DNA from: Myxococcales bacterium
GTDB taxonomy: Bacteria > Myxococcota_A > Polyangia > Polyangiales > DASUME01
NCBI GenBank assembly: GCA_047601445.1
Contig: JASGJH010000001.1
Span: 4,032,001-4,096,000, forward strand
Reading direction: 5' to 3'
DNA: 64,000 bases
Shown in pieces: positions 49,607 through 59,639 of the stretch (the stretch's first letter is position 1; each line of letters begins with the position of its first letter). The notes under the pieces are model-generated. The model was not told where the DNA came from. It searched no databases and saw only the letters and a list, made by a program, of their open reading frames with translations. The position numbers were made by a program, and so were the translations under genes.

Positions 49607-50482
49607 CTACGGCGTCGGCGTGGGAATCGTCTGCGGCGTCAGGTCTTCCACGAAGGGCACGTCGAAGCACGCTTCATCCGATGAGCTGCCCGTGGTCTCT
49701 TCCACGAGCATGGCCGTGAGGGTCCCGCTGCCACCTGGATCCATGGTGTCGAACAGGTCCTTCTTCTCGTGGAGATCCCACTTGGCCTCCACGAACGACT
49801 TGCTCTGCGGATCATAGCGGCCGGTCATCTCGCCCTTGGCGAAGATGCGCTCCCAACCGCCCAGTTGATTCGCACTGGCGCTCAAATAGATGAGCCGCAG
49901 CTCAAAGTCGATCACGCCCGTGGTACAGTCGACATTGCCCTTCAGCTCGAAGGTGTGGCCGTAGGAAGAAACGCCCTGCTTGAAGGTCTCGGTGCCGGGT
50001 ATGCGGAAGCACCCCCCGCCCACGGTGTAGAACTCGCCGTCGCCGCTGCGCCGGAGCTCGAACTCAATCTCGAACATCGGGTGGTCGACCATGCCCGGCG
50101 TGAGCCCGCCGAAGCTGGAGGCGCGCGAGCGATACATCCCCGCAAAAACTCCCTTATAGGTCCCGGCCACGCAGCGCGGCAAGGTGGTCTCGGCGACCTG
50201 ACACGCTTCGCACTCGCCGAACGATCCGTCGGCACAGGTGCGCTCTCCGTACTCGGTGTCCGAGCACTCGCAAACTTCGTGGTCGCCCTCTTCGCACTCG
50301 GCTTCACCGGCGTCGCCTTGAGCGTTGTTCGCATCGTCATCTTCGTCCGAACCCGCGTCGTCGCCTTCGTCGTCGCACCCCGGCTTGCCAGGGTCGGGAC
50401 AGCGGTAACCCGTAGACATGGGCTTGGCAGTACAGCCGGTCGCGAGCAGGCTCGCCCACATGAGGTGTGAAAGTCGAAGCAT
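49607..50482 (-). CDS. Lipoprotein of unknown function
   Basis: Lipobox ATGC; acidic linker; C..G....C.C.....G.RTC..G.FG.C; C..G.Y.G.F.G.Y and G..DC..G. Confidence 0.78.
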   Translation of the reverse strand: MLRLSHLMWASLLATGCTAKPMSTGYRCPDPGKPGCDDEGDDAGSDEDDDANNAQGDAGEAECEEGDHEVCECSDTEYGERTCADGSFGECEACQVAETTLPRCVAGTYKGVFAGMYRSRASSFGGLTPGMVDHPMFEIEFELRRSGDGEFYTVGGGCFRIPGTETFKQGVSSYGHTFELKGNVDCTTGVIDFELRLIYLSASANQLGGWERIFAKGEMTGRYDPQSKSFVEAKWDLHEKKDLFDTMDPGGSGTLTAMLVEETTGSSSDEACFDVPFVEDLTPQTIPTPTP

Positions 50483-50584
50483 GCCCGTGAGTGGAATGGG
50501 GCTAGTCCGATTACGACCACCGTCTGCTGTGTCGGTCGATTTCACCCCACCGAAAATGCTCGTACATGATAGGACCGAGCGCTG

Positions 50585-51733
50585 ATGGGGAGCGTGAAAG
50601 GCGTTCTAGCTCGCGGCGCGCTGCAATCACGGGCCCTCGCCATCGCACTCGTCCTCGGCTTGTCATCGAGCTCACTCTCGGCACAGACGGTGCCGGGGAT
50701 CACGATGCAAGTCGACGCCCCCGAAGGCTCGTCGTGCAGCACGCCAGAGGACCTGCAGGCCGCCGTAGAAGCGCGCCTGGGCAAGCCCGTGTTCTCCGAG
50801 CCGAGCGGCGGAATCAAGCGCGTGCAGGTGCGCTTTGCGCGCGCGGGTCAGGGCTTCGACGCCACGCTCTCGGTGTTCGACGACGCGGGCGTGCAGCGCG
50901 GCACGCGCGAACTGCACAGCGAGTCCCCGCGCTGCCGAGAGCTCGATGCGGGATTGGAGTTCGTCATCGTGACTCTGTTCCGCGCGCAGGCGGACGCTTC
51001 CGCCTCCCTGCTCGACGGCGCTGACGCTGCCTCGGATCCCCCCATGGCACCCGAGCCCAATGCCGCTCCCCCGGCGGATCCGTCGGCGGACTCGGATGAG
51101 CAGACGATGGGCCCCGAAGCCTCGCCCCCAACGGACGCCCCGCTCTCCCCTTCGGCCCCCGAGGAGACGCATCGACATCGCGTACGCGTCTGGCGCAGGC
51201 CGGGGCCAAGTGAACCCTGGAAAGTGGGGTGGACCGCGGGCGCAAGTTGCGAGGGCATGGTGCTGCCGGGCGTGGCGATGGGAGCCTCGACGGGTCTGCA
51301 GGTCGGCCGGGGAGCCTTGCTACTCATCGGAGAAGCGGTGGGCTTTCCCTCGACCAGCCAGTCCCTCGGCGACGGAGCCTCGGCACGCTTCGCCACGGCC
51401 TTTGGCCGGCTCGCGCTGTGTGGAGGGGCCGGCGATTTGCTGGGCGGCCGACTCTCGTTTTGCGCCGGGGCCCGCGCCGGCATGCTCTTCGTCCAGACGC
51501 GCGGCCTCGACGCTTCGATGCGCGCGCACGCGCCCGCCTTGCATACGGAAATCGGTCTGCGTTACGAGGGCTTACGCACGCGCCGTGCTGGCTTCTACCT
51601 CGGCCTGCGCGCCATCGTACCGGTCTATGCAGCGCGTCCTTTCTACGAGAGCGGCGGCGAGCGCCACTACTACGCCGATCCCGGGCCCGGGCTGGGAGGA
51701 GACTTCGGCGTAATCGTACGACCCGGGTCGTAA
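50585..51733 (+). CDS. Exported protein with C-terminal beta-strand-rich domain
   Basis: Signal ending LSA-Q; C.....L...VE.RLG..VF and G.REL.S....C.EL, typical of myxobacterial ECF-cluster proteins. Confidence 0.75.
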   Translation: MGSVKGVLARGALQSRALAIALVLGLSSSSLSAQTVPGITMQVDAPEGSSCSTPEDLQAAVEARLGKPVFSEPSGGIKRVQVRFARAGQGFDATLSVFDDAGVQRGTRELHSESPRCRELDAGLEFVIVTLFRAQADASASLLDGADAASDPPMAPEPNAAPPADPSADSDEQTMGPEASPPTDAPLSPSAPEETHRHRVRVWRRPGPSEPWKVGWTAGASCEGMVLPGVAMGASTGLQVGRGALLLIGEAVGFPSTSQSLGDGASARFATAFGRLALCGGAGDLLGGRLSFCAGARAGMLFVQTRGLDASMRAHAPALHTEIGLRYEGLRTRRAGFYLGLRAIVPVYAARPFYESGGERHYYADPGPGLGGDFGVIVRPGS

Positions 51734-51837
51734 TCGTCCCCGGCTACTTCCACTCACGTGCAGACCGGGCGGTTCGGTCCAAGCGGGCGGGTGATGCCCC
51801 AAGCGCGCGCGAACAGTCAAGGCAGGTACCGTTCGTC

Positions 51838-52425
51838 ATGCAGGCATCCGGCTCCAACACCTTTCCGCTCGAGCTCCGAGGTCCGGCGAGCGGTGTGAGC
51901 AAGGCCCAAGACGACAAAGCGTTCCACCAGCTCGTGGTCGAGCACGCTCCTTATGTATGGCGCGTGTTGCGCTCCCTGGGCGTCTCCGAAGCGGACCTGC
52001 CGGATGTCGCTCAGGAAGCCTTCCTGGTGGTCCATCGCCAGCTGCCGACCTTCGAGGGCCGCTCCAGCTTACGCACCTGGATCTACGGCATCGTCCTGCG
52101 CGTGGCTTCAGACTATCGCTCCAAGGCCTATCGCAGGCGTGAGCGTGCCACGGACGAGGTGCCCGACCTGGCCGCCCTCGCCGGACCGGAGACGGAGCTC
52201 CAACGCCGCGAAGCTTGGCTGCTGGTCAACCAGCTCCTCGAAGGACTCGACGAGGATCGACGCCAGGTATTCGTACTCTACGAGATCGAACAGCTTGGTA
52301 TGCGCGAGGTGGCGAGCATCATCGGTTGCCCGCTGACCACGGCCTACTCGAGGCTTCACTCTGCGCGCCAAGCGGTCCAGACCGAACTCCAAGCACGAAG
52401 GCAACGAGAGGAGGGATGCCCATGA
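51838..52425 (+). CDS. ECF RNA polymerase sigma factor
   Basis: YVWRVLR.LGV...DL.DV.QE.FLVVHR.L..FEGRSSLRTWIYGI and VFVLYEIE...EVA....T.YSRL..AR. Confidence 0.95.
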   Translation: MQASGSNTFPLELRGPASGVSKAQDDKAFHQLVVEHAPYVWRVLRSLGVSEADLPDVAQEAFLVVHRQLPTFEGRSSLRTWIYGIVLRVASDYRSKAYRRRERATDEVPDLAALAGPETELQRREAWLLVNQLLEGLDEDRRQVFVLYEIEQLGMREVASIIGCPLTTAYSRLHSARQAVQTELQARRQREEGCP

Positions 52426-53540
52426 GCGAGCTGCGCGATCCACCCCGCCTCCTCGATAGCGCCACCCTCGATCCAGGGCTGCGCAAAGCATTGGAGGTCG
52501 TGCGACGTGACGGCCTGAACCTGAGCGAAGCCCAGCTGTGGGCCGACCAGGTGGTGCAAACCCTACCCGTCGCCACGGGGGCCAAGGCCGCATCGGCGCT
52601 CAAGTCCCTTTGGATCAAGCTCGGGGCGCTCGCCGTTCTGACAGGAACGGGTTTGGTGTGGCTGCTCGCTGGTCGCGCGATGCGGCCTTCCACATTGGAC
52701 TTCGAAAACGCCACGCCCGTGGTGGAGCTAGTCGTGCCCGCGGGCTCGCGCATTCATGCGGAGTCCGCCACCCGGCGCTCAGCTCGCAGCGCAGACGGTG
52801 TCGCACAGGTCCATGTCGAAGTTGACAGGTCTACGGACCAGGTCCACGTCGAGGATCTTTTGCAACCGCAAGGCGGGGCAGCGGAGCGCGAGCAGGCAGG
52901 GCCCGCCAACGTGCAGCCCGAAATCTCAGCACTCGCGCGAGAGCCGGCTCAAGCCGTTCGTCCTGAAGCAATCGAGCCCGCAACAGGGGTCCGCACGCAA
53001 GCGATGGAAGGAGTGACAAGCTCTCCATCTCCAGATGCCCAGCACGCTCCGAATGTCGACAGCCGCGGAGTCCGTCAGGCAGGCCCCACTGAAATGCAGC
53101 CCCAAACAGCGCCATTCGCGCGAGTCGAAGCCCCGTCCACCAATTCGAGACCGACCCACGCACGGCAACATCCAGTGCGCGCGGCTAACCACGAGCCCGA
53201 AAGCTACGTACGCCCCACGGCCACATCCAAGTCTTCCGCGGATTCGGAGGCGAACTCAGAGCTCGCCCTCTTGACGCAAGCGCAGCAAGCCATGACCGTG
53301 AGCCCGGATCGTTCGCTGGCACTCCTCGAAGCTCACCGCCGCAGCTATCCTCGCGGGGCGTTCGCGGAAGAGCGTGACGCGCTCCGGGTCGAGGCACTCC
53401 ATCGATTGATGCAAAGGGCACGCGGGACCGAACGAGCGCAGCCGACCGAAGCGAAACTTCGCCAGGCCGTGCGTGACTTTCTCGGGCGCTATCCGCAGTC
53501 GCCCCAGCGCGCGCACGTCGAGAAGCGAGCGGGCGAGTGA
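52422..53540 (+). CDS. Putative anti-sigma factor (TM plus C-terminal TPR-like domain)
   Basis: ATGA-coupled to the sigma; DPPRL N-terminus; single TM; EL.LL..AQ, H...YP.G..AEER.AL and FL..YP.SP. Confidence 0.82.
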   Translation: MSELRDPPRLLDSATLDPGLRKALEVVRRDGLNLSEAQLWADQVVQTLPVATGAKAASALKSLWIKLGALAVLTGTGLVWLLAGRAMRPSTLDFENATPVVELVVPAGSRIHAESATRRSARSADGVAQVHVEVDRSTDQVHVEDLLQPQGGAAEREQAGPANVQPEISALAREPAQAVRPEAIEPATGVRTQAMEGVTSSPSPDAQHAPNVDSRGVRQAGPTEMQPQTAPFARVEAPSTNSRPTHARQHPVRAANHEPESYVRPTATSKSSADSEANSELALLTQAQQAMTVSPDRSLALLEAHRRSYPRGAFAEERDALRVEALHRLMQRARGTERAQPTEAKLRQAVRDFLGRYPQSPQRAHVEKRAGE

Positions 53541-53887
53541 ACGGCAAACCTGAGGCTGTGCCGAAGGTGCAGGTCTAAATTGTGACGTCAACTCGTGCGA
53601 CTCACGGCGCCGACGAACGCGCCTCGCGCGCCCGTTTGCCACGCTCGAAGCGATCGCTCCAGGCCACACCGATCAGCGAGCTCGCGAAGAAGGCTCCCGC
53701 TGCCGCCCCCAACCAGTCCGCGACGAGCAGCCCTGCGAGCCATGCCATGCCGTATCAATGGGGTTCATGCATCGCACCCGCGTCGACCACGGGGTGTCAT
53801 GGCTCACCGCAGCGTCGAGAGATTGTGCGCGCACCCAAACACGATGGAGACATCAGGCAGGCGTGAGGCGGCCGGCGGGCCACCAGC

Positions 53888-55387
53888 TCAACTCCGATGC
53901 TTGCCGGCCGAAGCGGCAGCCCGCCCCGGCGCCTCCACCGTTCGAGCGTTGTCATTCGCCACCTCCGGAAGCCGGCGGACCGCCGAACCGGCCTCGAGCG
54001 GCCGCGGCCGAAGAGCTCCCCACAACGCGCTCACGGTCTGGGACGCCGGCTCCTGAATGCGAAGGCCCACGAAGGCTGCGCCAAAGCGCAAGAAGCCCGA
54101 TGCCACGAACACGACCTGCAGATCGGTGAGCTCGTGACCGGCGAGCAAGAAGCGATCTGGCAGTGCCTCCGCGACGAGGCCTCCCGCCAGCGTGGCAAGC
54201 GTGAACGAGAGCCCCGTGAGCGTGGCGAACGCCGCCAAATAGAAGGGACGCTCGGCGCGTGGCGTGATGGCGAGCGGAAGATTGAAGATGGCGAGCGCGT
54301 GCCCCGACCACAACACGCCTGCGAGCACAGCATCCGCCACCAGGGGCCAAAGGAAGTTCGCGGTGGGAAACAACCAGATAAAGGGGATGGAGGCGATGGT
54401 GAAGGAGCACGCGATCAGGACCGGACGTGCGCCCATCCGATCGAGCAAGCGTCCCCACACGGGCGCCGCCAACATGCGCACCGCGGCCACCGCGGTGGCA
54501 TGCAGCGCGACCAAGGTGTAGCTCATGCGCAGATTGCGGAGGCTGTGCAACACGAAGAAGCTTCCTGCCACGCCCACGGCCGCGTTCCACACCACCAGGT
54601 ACAACATCAGGCCTCGCACGCTCGCATCGCGAAACGGCGCCGCTACCCAACGCCACGCGAGGGGCACCGTGCGACGTTCGCTGCGCGGTGCATGCTGTCG
54701 CAGCATGAGCCACGTCGTCACGAGACCCGTGACCGCGCCCAAGATCTGCAGCGAGGCCAGCGCCATGCCCGTGCGCTGGTGCTGCTTCGCCAAGTCGAGC
54801 AACGCGCCTGCGGCCGCCGAGGCCAACGCGCCGCCGAGTGTGCACCAGGCCGTGCGCCGGCCGAAATAGCGTCCGCGCACGCGCTTGGGCACCAGGTCGC
54901 TCATCCAGGAGACCCAGGCGTTGTTGCCCAGCGTCCCGAGTACCGCGGACAGCCCGGCCACCACGAGCAGGATCGTCTGCCGCACCTCGTTTGACACCGG
55001 CAAGAACGGCAGCGCTGCCAGCGGCAGCATGGCCTGTCGCGATGCGGCCACCAGCACGATGCAAGCGCGTCGGTGACCCAGCGCCGAAGTGATCCAGGCA
55101 GCGGGAAACTGAAACAGCTGAGCGAGCTGCGAGAGCGCGACCAGTGTCCCCGTCAACAGCGTGCCCGCGTCGAGATAGATGGCCCAGGCCGTCAGGATGG
55201 CGCCGCCCGCACAGGCGCCCACCACCTCGGCGAGAATTCCCTCTGCCATGCAGGCCCGCAACGATCGCCGCAGCTGTCCCTTCTGCGCGAGGCCCACCGC
55301 CCCATCGTTGCGTCCGGGCGCCGCGGCCAGCGAAGGCGATGCCCCCGGCCCCATGCCGCCGAGACGACTCGGCGAGATCGCCGCCAT
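53888..55387 (-). CDS. MFS transporter
   Basis: About 12 TM; WMSDLVP...RGRYFGRR and WGRL.DR.G.RP. Start uncertain. Confidence 0.9.
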   Translation of the reverse strand: MAAISPSRLGGMGPGASPSLAAAPGRNDGAVGLAQKGQLRRSLRACMAEGILAEVVGACAGGAILTAWAIYLDAGTLLTGTLVALSQLAQLFQFPAAWITSALGHRRACIVLVAASRQAMLPLAALPFLPVSNEVRQTILLVVAGLSAVLGTLGNNAWVSWMSDLVPKRVRGRYFGRRTAWCTLGGALASAAAGALLDLAKQHQRTGMALASLQILGAVTGLVTTWLMLRQHAPRSERRTVPLAWRWVAAPFRDASVRGLMLYLVVWNAAVGVAGSFFVLHSLRNLRMSYTLVALHATAVAAVRMLAAPVWGRLLDRMGARPVLIACSFTIASIPFIWLFPTANFLWPLVADAVLAGVLWSGHALAIFNLPLAITPRAERPFYLAAFATLTGLSFTLATLAGGLVAEALPDRFLLAGHELTDLQVVFVASGFLRFGAAFVGLRIQEPASQTVSALWGALRPRPLEAGSAVRRLPEVANDNARTVEAPGRAAASAGKHRS

Positions 55388-55562
55388 GGGCGTCGCGAGG
55401 CTCGAAAGCCAGCGAAATTTACGAAGGTTCTTGAGCACAGCCTCGGCGCGCGGGACGACGGCGCCGCGCCATCCTCTCACAGGCCGCGACGCGAAGAAAT
55501 GCCGCCATGGCGCTGACTCGGTGACACTCGCGTTTCGACTACGTCGTTCGATACGCGGACGT

Positions 55563-55937
55563 TTAGCGCTCCAGCAGCCAGCGCAAACGATCGAGTGAAA
55601 GCCCGTAGTGAACCAACGTCACCAGCCCCAGCGCCGCTGCTCCGCTCTTCGCCCCCGTCCTCCACAGCGCGAAGCTCGCGATCGCGAAAAAGGCTAGTTC
55701 CACTCCCAGACGCGCGGCACCAGGCACAGAAACCGGCGCGCGCCCCGAGCGACTCGGATCTCCAGGCACGGCAAACGTCCCCCAAGCCGCTGCCGCCGCC
55801 AGCGGGAACACCAGCATCAACACGTATCCCGCGACGCCGTCTGCACTACGCAAGCCCGCGCGGCCGTAGGCGTAGAGAGCCGTGAGCTCGAGCGCGAAGC
55901 GGAGAGCCAGATTCAAACCGTGGGTACCGAAGTTCAT
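55563..55937 (-). CDS. YrdB/DUF2568 family membrane protein
   Basis: NLALRFALEL, WG.F..P and RL..EL..F. Confidence 0.85.
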   Translation of the reverse strand: MNFGTHGLNLALRFALELTALYAYGRAGLRSADGVAGYVLMLVFPLAAAAAWGTFAVPGDPSRSGRAPVSVPGAARLGVELAFFAIASFALWRTGAKSGAAALGLVTLVHYGLSLDRLRWLLER

Positions 55938-55993
55938 GGGAGTGCGATTCTCCCTGCTATCCTCGCCCTCTGCCAGAGGAGCACGCCCCCCGC

Positions 55994-56584
55994 ATGAGCA
56001 AGAAGAACCCGAAAGTCGATGCCTACATCGACCGCGCGAAGCAGTGGCAAGGAGAGACCAAGAAGCTGCGGTCCATCCTCATCGGGTGCGGGCTCGGCGA
56101 AGAGCTGAAGTGGGGCAAGCCCTGCTACACCCATGGCGAGGCCAACTTGGCCATCATCCAGGGCTTCAAGGAGCACTGCTCGGTGATGTTCTTCAAGGGC
56201 TCGCTGCTCAAGGACCCCAAGAAACACCTGGTGCGTCCTGGTGAGCACTCGCAGGCCGGAAAGCGCATGGAGTTCACGAGCCTCAAGAAGATCAAGGAGC
56301 TCGAGCCCGTATTGAAGTCCTTCGTCGACCAGGCCATCGCGGTCGAGGAGGCCGGCCTCAAGGTGGACTTCAAGGAGAAGCACGAGCTCGAGCTCCCCGA
56401 TGAGCTCACCAACCGACTCGCCGGTGACCCGGACCTCTCTGCGGCCTTCGATGGTTTGACCCCCGGCAGGCGCCGCGCCTACGTGCTGCACTTCACGGCG
56501 GCGAAGCAGAGTGCCACCCGGGCCACCCGGATCGAGAAGTGCGTCGAGAGGATCCTCGCAGGCAAGGGCCTCAACGACTTCTAG
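55994..56584 (+). CDS. YdeI/OmpD-associated (DUF1801) family protein
   Basis: NPKVDAYI, EELKWGKPCY, FFKG.LLKDP and LTPGR.R.Y..HF..AKQ..TR..RI. Confidence 0.93.
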   Translation: MSKKNPKVDAYIDRAKQWQGETKKLRSILIGCGLGEELKWGKPCYTHGEANLAIIQGFKEHCSVMFFKGSLLKDPKKHLVRPGEHSQAGKRMEFTSLKKIKELEPVLKSFVDQAIAVEEAGLKVDFKEKHELELPDELTNRLAGDPDLSAAFDGLTPGRRRAYVLHFTAAKQSATRATRIEKCVERILAGKGLNDF

Positions 56585-56594
56585 TGCAGCCGCC

Positions 56595-56930
56595 TCACAG
56601 CTGAATCAGGGCCGACCGCACCGACGTCCACATACGAGGATCCAGGCAACGTCGGTGGAAGATCTGGAGCGCGTCGATCACATCCGCGCCGATGATCTCG
56701 TGGGCGGTCTGGGAGGCATTGGGCGAAGGCTCCTGGTTCCACTTCACCCGACCGCGGTCGTAGTTTCCGGTCAGAACGACGTTCCGCTTCTCAACGCTCC
56801 ATACGAGGACCCGCAAGTCGGGCCAAATGTGGACCTCTACCTGCGCCCCCTCCCCCCCGGGCATGAGGCGCTGGAACGTGAGGGGGGCGTCCTTGACCAA
56901 GAACGGTTTGGTGATGGCGAACTCGGGCAA
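56595..56930 (-). CDS. Hypothetical protein
   Basis: Plausible composition and codon bias; TTG start. Confidence 0.5.
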   Translation of the reverse strand: MPEFAITKPFLVKDAPLTFQRLMPGGEGAQVEVHIWPDLRVLVWSVEKRNVVLTGNYDRGRVKWNQEPSPNASQTAHEIIGADVIDALQIFHRRCLDPRMWTSVRSALIQL

Positions 56931-57074
56931 GCCTGTAGTCCCAAGGATGAAATGTGCGCGCGACGGACGGCGGGCGCCCAGGCCCCCGCCTCCCCTTCTG
57001 GTGGCGGGACCTGGGGATGAGGTTGAAAGAAAAAGCGCGGCCGGGGCGATTCTTAGCCGCCTGCGGGTGGAGAG

Positions 57075-57524
57075 CTAGGGCTCCTTGGCCTCGGCCCAGT
57101 CACGAGTGGTGAAGTAGGGACCACACAGGTCCTCGTGGGTGAAGACCATGGTCCAGGTAAGCTCGGGATCCGACACGTATGCATCGCGTCCATGGAGCAT
57201 GGGGAGCTGCTCCGATTCGCACCAATACCCTGGCTCCTCGGCCAGGTGCGGGAGCACGAGAAACCGCGCAGCCACCCGAGCTTGATATTGCGCGATTGCC
57301 TGCGCCCCCCGGCGACAATAGACCAGCTCGTAGCTGAACGCGTGCCAGTCGAAGTCCCGATAGATCCAGGAGCCCGTGGCCGCTTTGACCCGCACTGCGA
57401 ACACTTCGCGCCAGCGTTGCTGGAGTGCGGCGGTCTCTGCCGCCGTCATGCGCGCGACCACGACGAGCGGCGTGCACTCAGCGAGTGCGTTCGCGATGGG
57501 ATGGCGTCGATTCGGGCGGCTCAT
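57075..57524 (-). CDS. DUF4275 family protein
   Basis: W...F, WH.FSY, G..A...Y and D.YV.D....WT...THE..CGPYF. Confidence 0.82.
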   Translation of the reverse strand: MSRPNRRHPIANALAECTPLVVVARMTAAETAALQQRWREVFAVRVKAATGSWIYRDFDWHAFSYELVYCRRGAQAIAQYQARVAARFLVLPHLAEEPGYWCESEQLPMLHGRDAYVSDPELTWTMVFTHEDLCGPYFTTRDWAEAKEP

Positions 57525-57600
57525 GGATCCTGGAAACGATGGCTCGGACTATACCGTGGTCCCCGCGGCTTCACCCTCGCGTTCCGAGCCGGCCACCTCA

Positions 57601-58287
57601 TCACCCCCGTCGCTCCACCCGCCACACGCCGATCCGCTCGAGCACCGCGTTGACCACGCGGTCACAGCGCGTGAGGTGGAACCCGTAGGCGGTTTCGGTG
57701 CCGCGCTCGATGGAAGACACGAGACTCTCCTGCAGTTTCTTGCGCGCGCGGAAGAGTCGCGTCTTCACGGTCTGCTCCTGCACTCCCAGGATCTCCGAAG
57801 TCTCGGCCACGCTCATCTGCTCGACTTCGCGCAGCACGAACACCAGGCGGAACTCCTCGGGGAGTTCGTCGATGGCTCGATCCAGCAAGCGCCGCATCTC
57901 GAAGTCCATCGCTGCCTGCTCGGGGGATTGCCGCTCCGCTACCATGCTGGCCTCCTGACTCGGCGCATCCAACGACTCGAGCCTCCGCTCTCGCCTGACC
58001 CGCGCGTACGCCTCGTAGATCGCGATGCGAGTCAGCCACGTGGAGAAGCGCGCCTCGCCCTTGAACTCGGCCAGGTGCGTGAATGCGCGGACGTAGGCGT
58101 CCTGCATCACGTCCTCGGCTTCATCGTCGCGCTTCAAGATCGCGCGCGCGGCGCGGAACACCTTGCGGTTGTGACGGCGCATCAAGAGCTCGAACAAATG
58201 GCGCTCTCCCGCACACACGCGCTCGACGATCTCTTCGTCCGAGAGCAGGCTGAACACCGGTAGTTCGCTGGGATGCAGACTGGTCAT
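57601..58287 (-). CDS. ECF sigma factor with C-terminal RCD extension (ECF29-like)
   Basis: AEDVMQDAY, FSTWLTRIA and VKTRLFRAR; tail F...RCDRVV..VL. Confidence 0.92.
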   Translation of the reverse strand: MTSLHPSELPVFSLLSDEEIVERVCAGERHLFELLMRRHNRKVFRAARAILKRDDEAEDVMQDAYVRAFTHLAEFKGEARFSTWLTRIAIYEAYARVRRERRLESLDAPSQEASMVAERQSPEQAAMDFEMRRLLDRAIDELPEEFRLVFVLREVEQMSVAETSEILGVQEQTVKTRLFRARKKLQESLVSSIERGTETAYGFHLTRCDRVVNAVLERIGVWRVERRG

Positions 58288-58320
58288 GGTTCGCTCGCGC
58301 GGGTTCGAAGGACTATTTCC

Positions 58321-58350
58321 TCGAGTCGGAAGCAGGCCAAATGGTTCCCC
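58321..58350 (-). promoter_or_regulatory. ECF promoter for the sigma gene (GGAACC-N14-CGACTC)
   Basis: The minus strand reads GGGGAACCATTTGGCCTGCTTCCGACTCGA. Confidence 0.78.
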
Positions 58351-58390
58351 AAAATGTGCGGTCCAAGAAAGAATCTCCCCGGGTCGGAGC

Positions 58391-58420
58391 GGGGAACCAA
58401 ACCGGCCCCTCGCGACTCGA
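58391..58420 (+). promoter_or_regulatory. ECF promoter for the DoxX gene (GGAACC-N14-CGACTC)
   Basis: GGGGAACCAAACCGGCCCCTCGCGACTCGA; same boxes and spacing as the divergent copy. Confidence 0.78.
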
Positions 58421-58483
58421 TCCTGGAGAGCGGGCACACAACTTCCCCGAGCAGGGGCCCCCGCTCAGGAAAGGATCCCTACC

Positions 58484-58960
58484 ATGTCCCCCTCGAGCGA
58501 AGTAACCGACGCACTCACGCGGGCTACGACCATCGAGCCCCCCGTCCGCCAAGCCTTCCAAATCCTGCATTGGGGCTTCGTGGCGGCACCGGTGCTCGCG
58601 GGCCTCGACAAGTTCTTCAATCTGCTCACCGCCTGGGAGCACTACCTGGCCCCGAGCCTCGCGAAGCTCTCTCCGCTGAGCGCCCACGCCACGATGATGG
58701 CCGTGGGAGTCGTGGAGATCATCGCAGGTCTCTTGGTCGCCTTTCGACCGCGCATCGGCGCCCCGATTGTCGCCGCCTGGCTCGCCGCCATCATCATGAA
58801 CCTGCTCATGCTCGGGAACTACTTCGACGTCGCGCTGCGCGACTTCGGACTGTTCTTGGGTGCGATCGCGCTGGGCCGACTCAGCGTCGTCTGCGAGAGC
58901 GAATCCCACAAGGAGGCAACGGTCCACGGGCCGCGCCGCCACGCGTGGGGTGGAGTGTAG
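58484..58960 (+). CDS. DoxX-like membrane protein
   Basis: GF..AP..AGLDKFFN.L..W..YLAP, VG.VEI.AG and D.ALRD.GL. Confidence 0.85.
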   Translation: MSPSSEVTDALTRATTIEPPVRQAFQILHWGFVAAPVLAGLDKFFNLLTAWEHYLAPSLAKLSPLSAHATMMAVGVVEIIAGLLVAFRPRIGAPIVAAWLAAIIMNLLMLGNYFDVALRDFGLFLGAIALGRLSVVCESESHKEATVHGPRRHAWGGV

Positions 58961-58993
58961 AGGCTCGTCGCTTGGCGCTCGAGTGCACGACGG

Positions 58994-59524
58994 CTAGTCG
59001 TCGCTGATCGCTTCAGCCAGCATGTCGAGAAACTCGAGCAGGTTTTCAATGGGCCCCACCTTCCGCGGGGAACCCACTCCTGCCCACTTGTTTTCAGCTT
59101 GCAGCTCGGCCTGGGCACGTGCGATCTCGACATCGTGAGGAGACGCTACGTGCTTCGGCCGCAGCGCAATCCGGAGCCGCTCGAGCTCTCCGCCGTCAAG
59201 CCAAACCAACTGGCAACTCGGGCATGCATCGAGCTCCAACGCTTCGCTATGGGCTTGTGTGGCGCCGTGTTGGTGCTCGCCCGCCCGCGTCTCGAGCACA
59301 CGCATCGCAGCGAAGCAGGACGGACAGCGTCGGCTCGAACGCTCCGCTGCGTCACGCACGCGTGCATGGAGAGCGGCACCGAAAGTGGGCTCAACGTGCC
59401 GCCGCAACAACCCCAAAGTCACCGCCGTGCCAGCACAGCTCGGGCAGCGCCAGGTGAACCCCAGCTCATGCGCGGTGCGCACGAGTTGGGTTTGGCATGC
59501 TGGGCAGGGGTAGAGCTCGGCCAC
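58994..59524 (-). CDS. Double zinc-ribbon (zf-TFIIB-like) protein
   Basis: Four CPxC motifs; ELD.C..C..VWLD.GEL. Confidence 0.8.
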   Translation of the reverse strand: MAELYPCPACQTQLVRTAHELGFTWRCPSCAGTAVTLGLLRRHVEPTFGAALHARVRDAAERSSRRCPSCFAAMRVLETRAGEHQHGATQAHSEALELDACPSCQLVWLDGGELERLRIALRPKHVASPHDVEIARAQAELQAENKWAGVGSPRKVGPIENLLEFLDMLAEAISDD

Positions 59525-59639
59525 CGGTTGGTTCGAGCGTAGCTCAGCGATGGGGCCTCTGGCTCCCGGCTCCGAGCGCCGATGTGTTGCTCACCTCACG
59601 CACAGCCGAGGTGACGGCAGCTCCTTTCCAGAGCGCCCC

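Noticed and set aside
59529..59600. tRNA-like words GGTTCGA and GCGTAGCTCAG
   Set aside because: They are in the wrong order, with no cloverleaf, acceptor stem or downstream T-loop.
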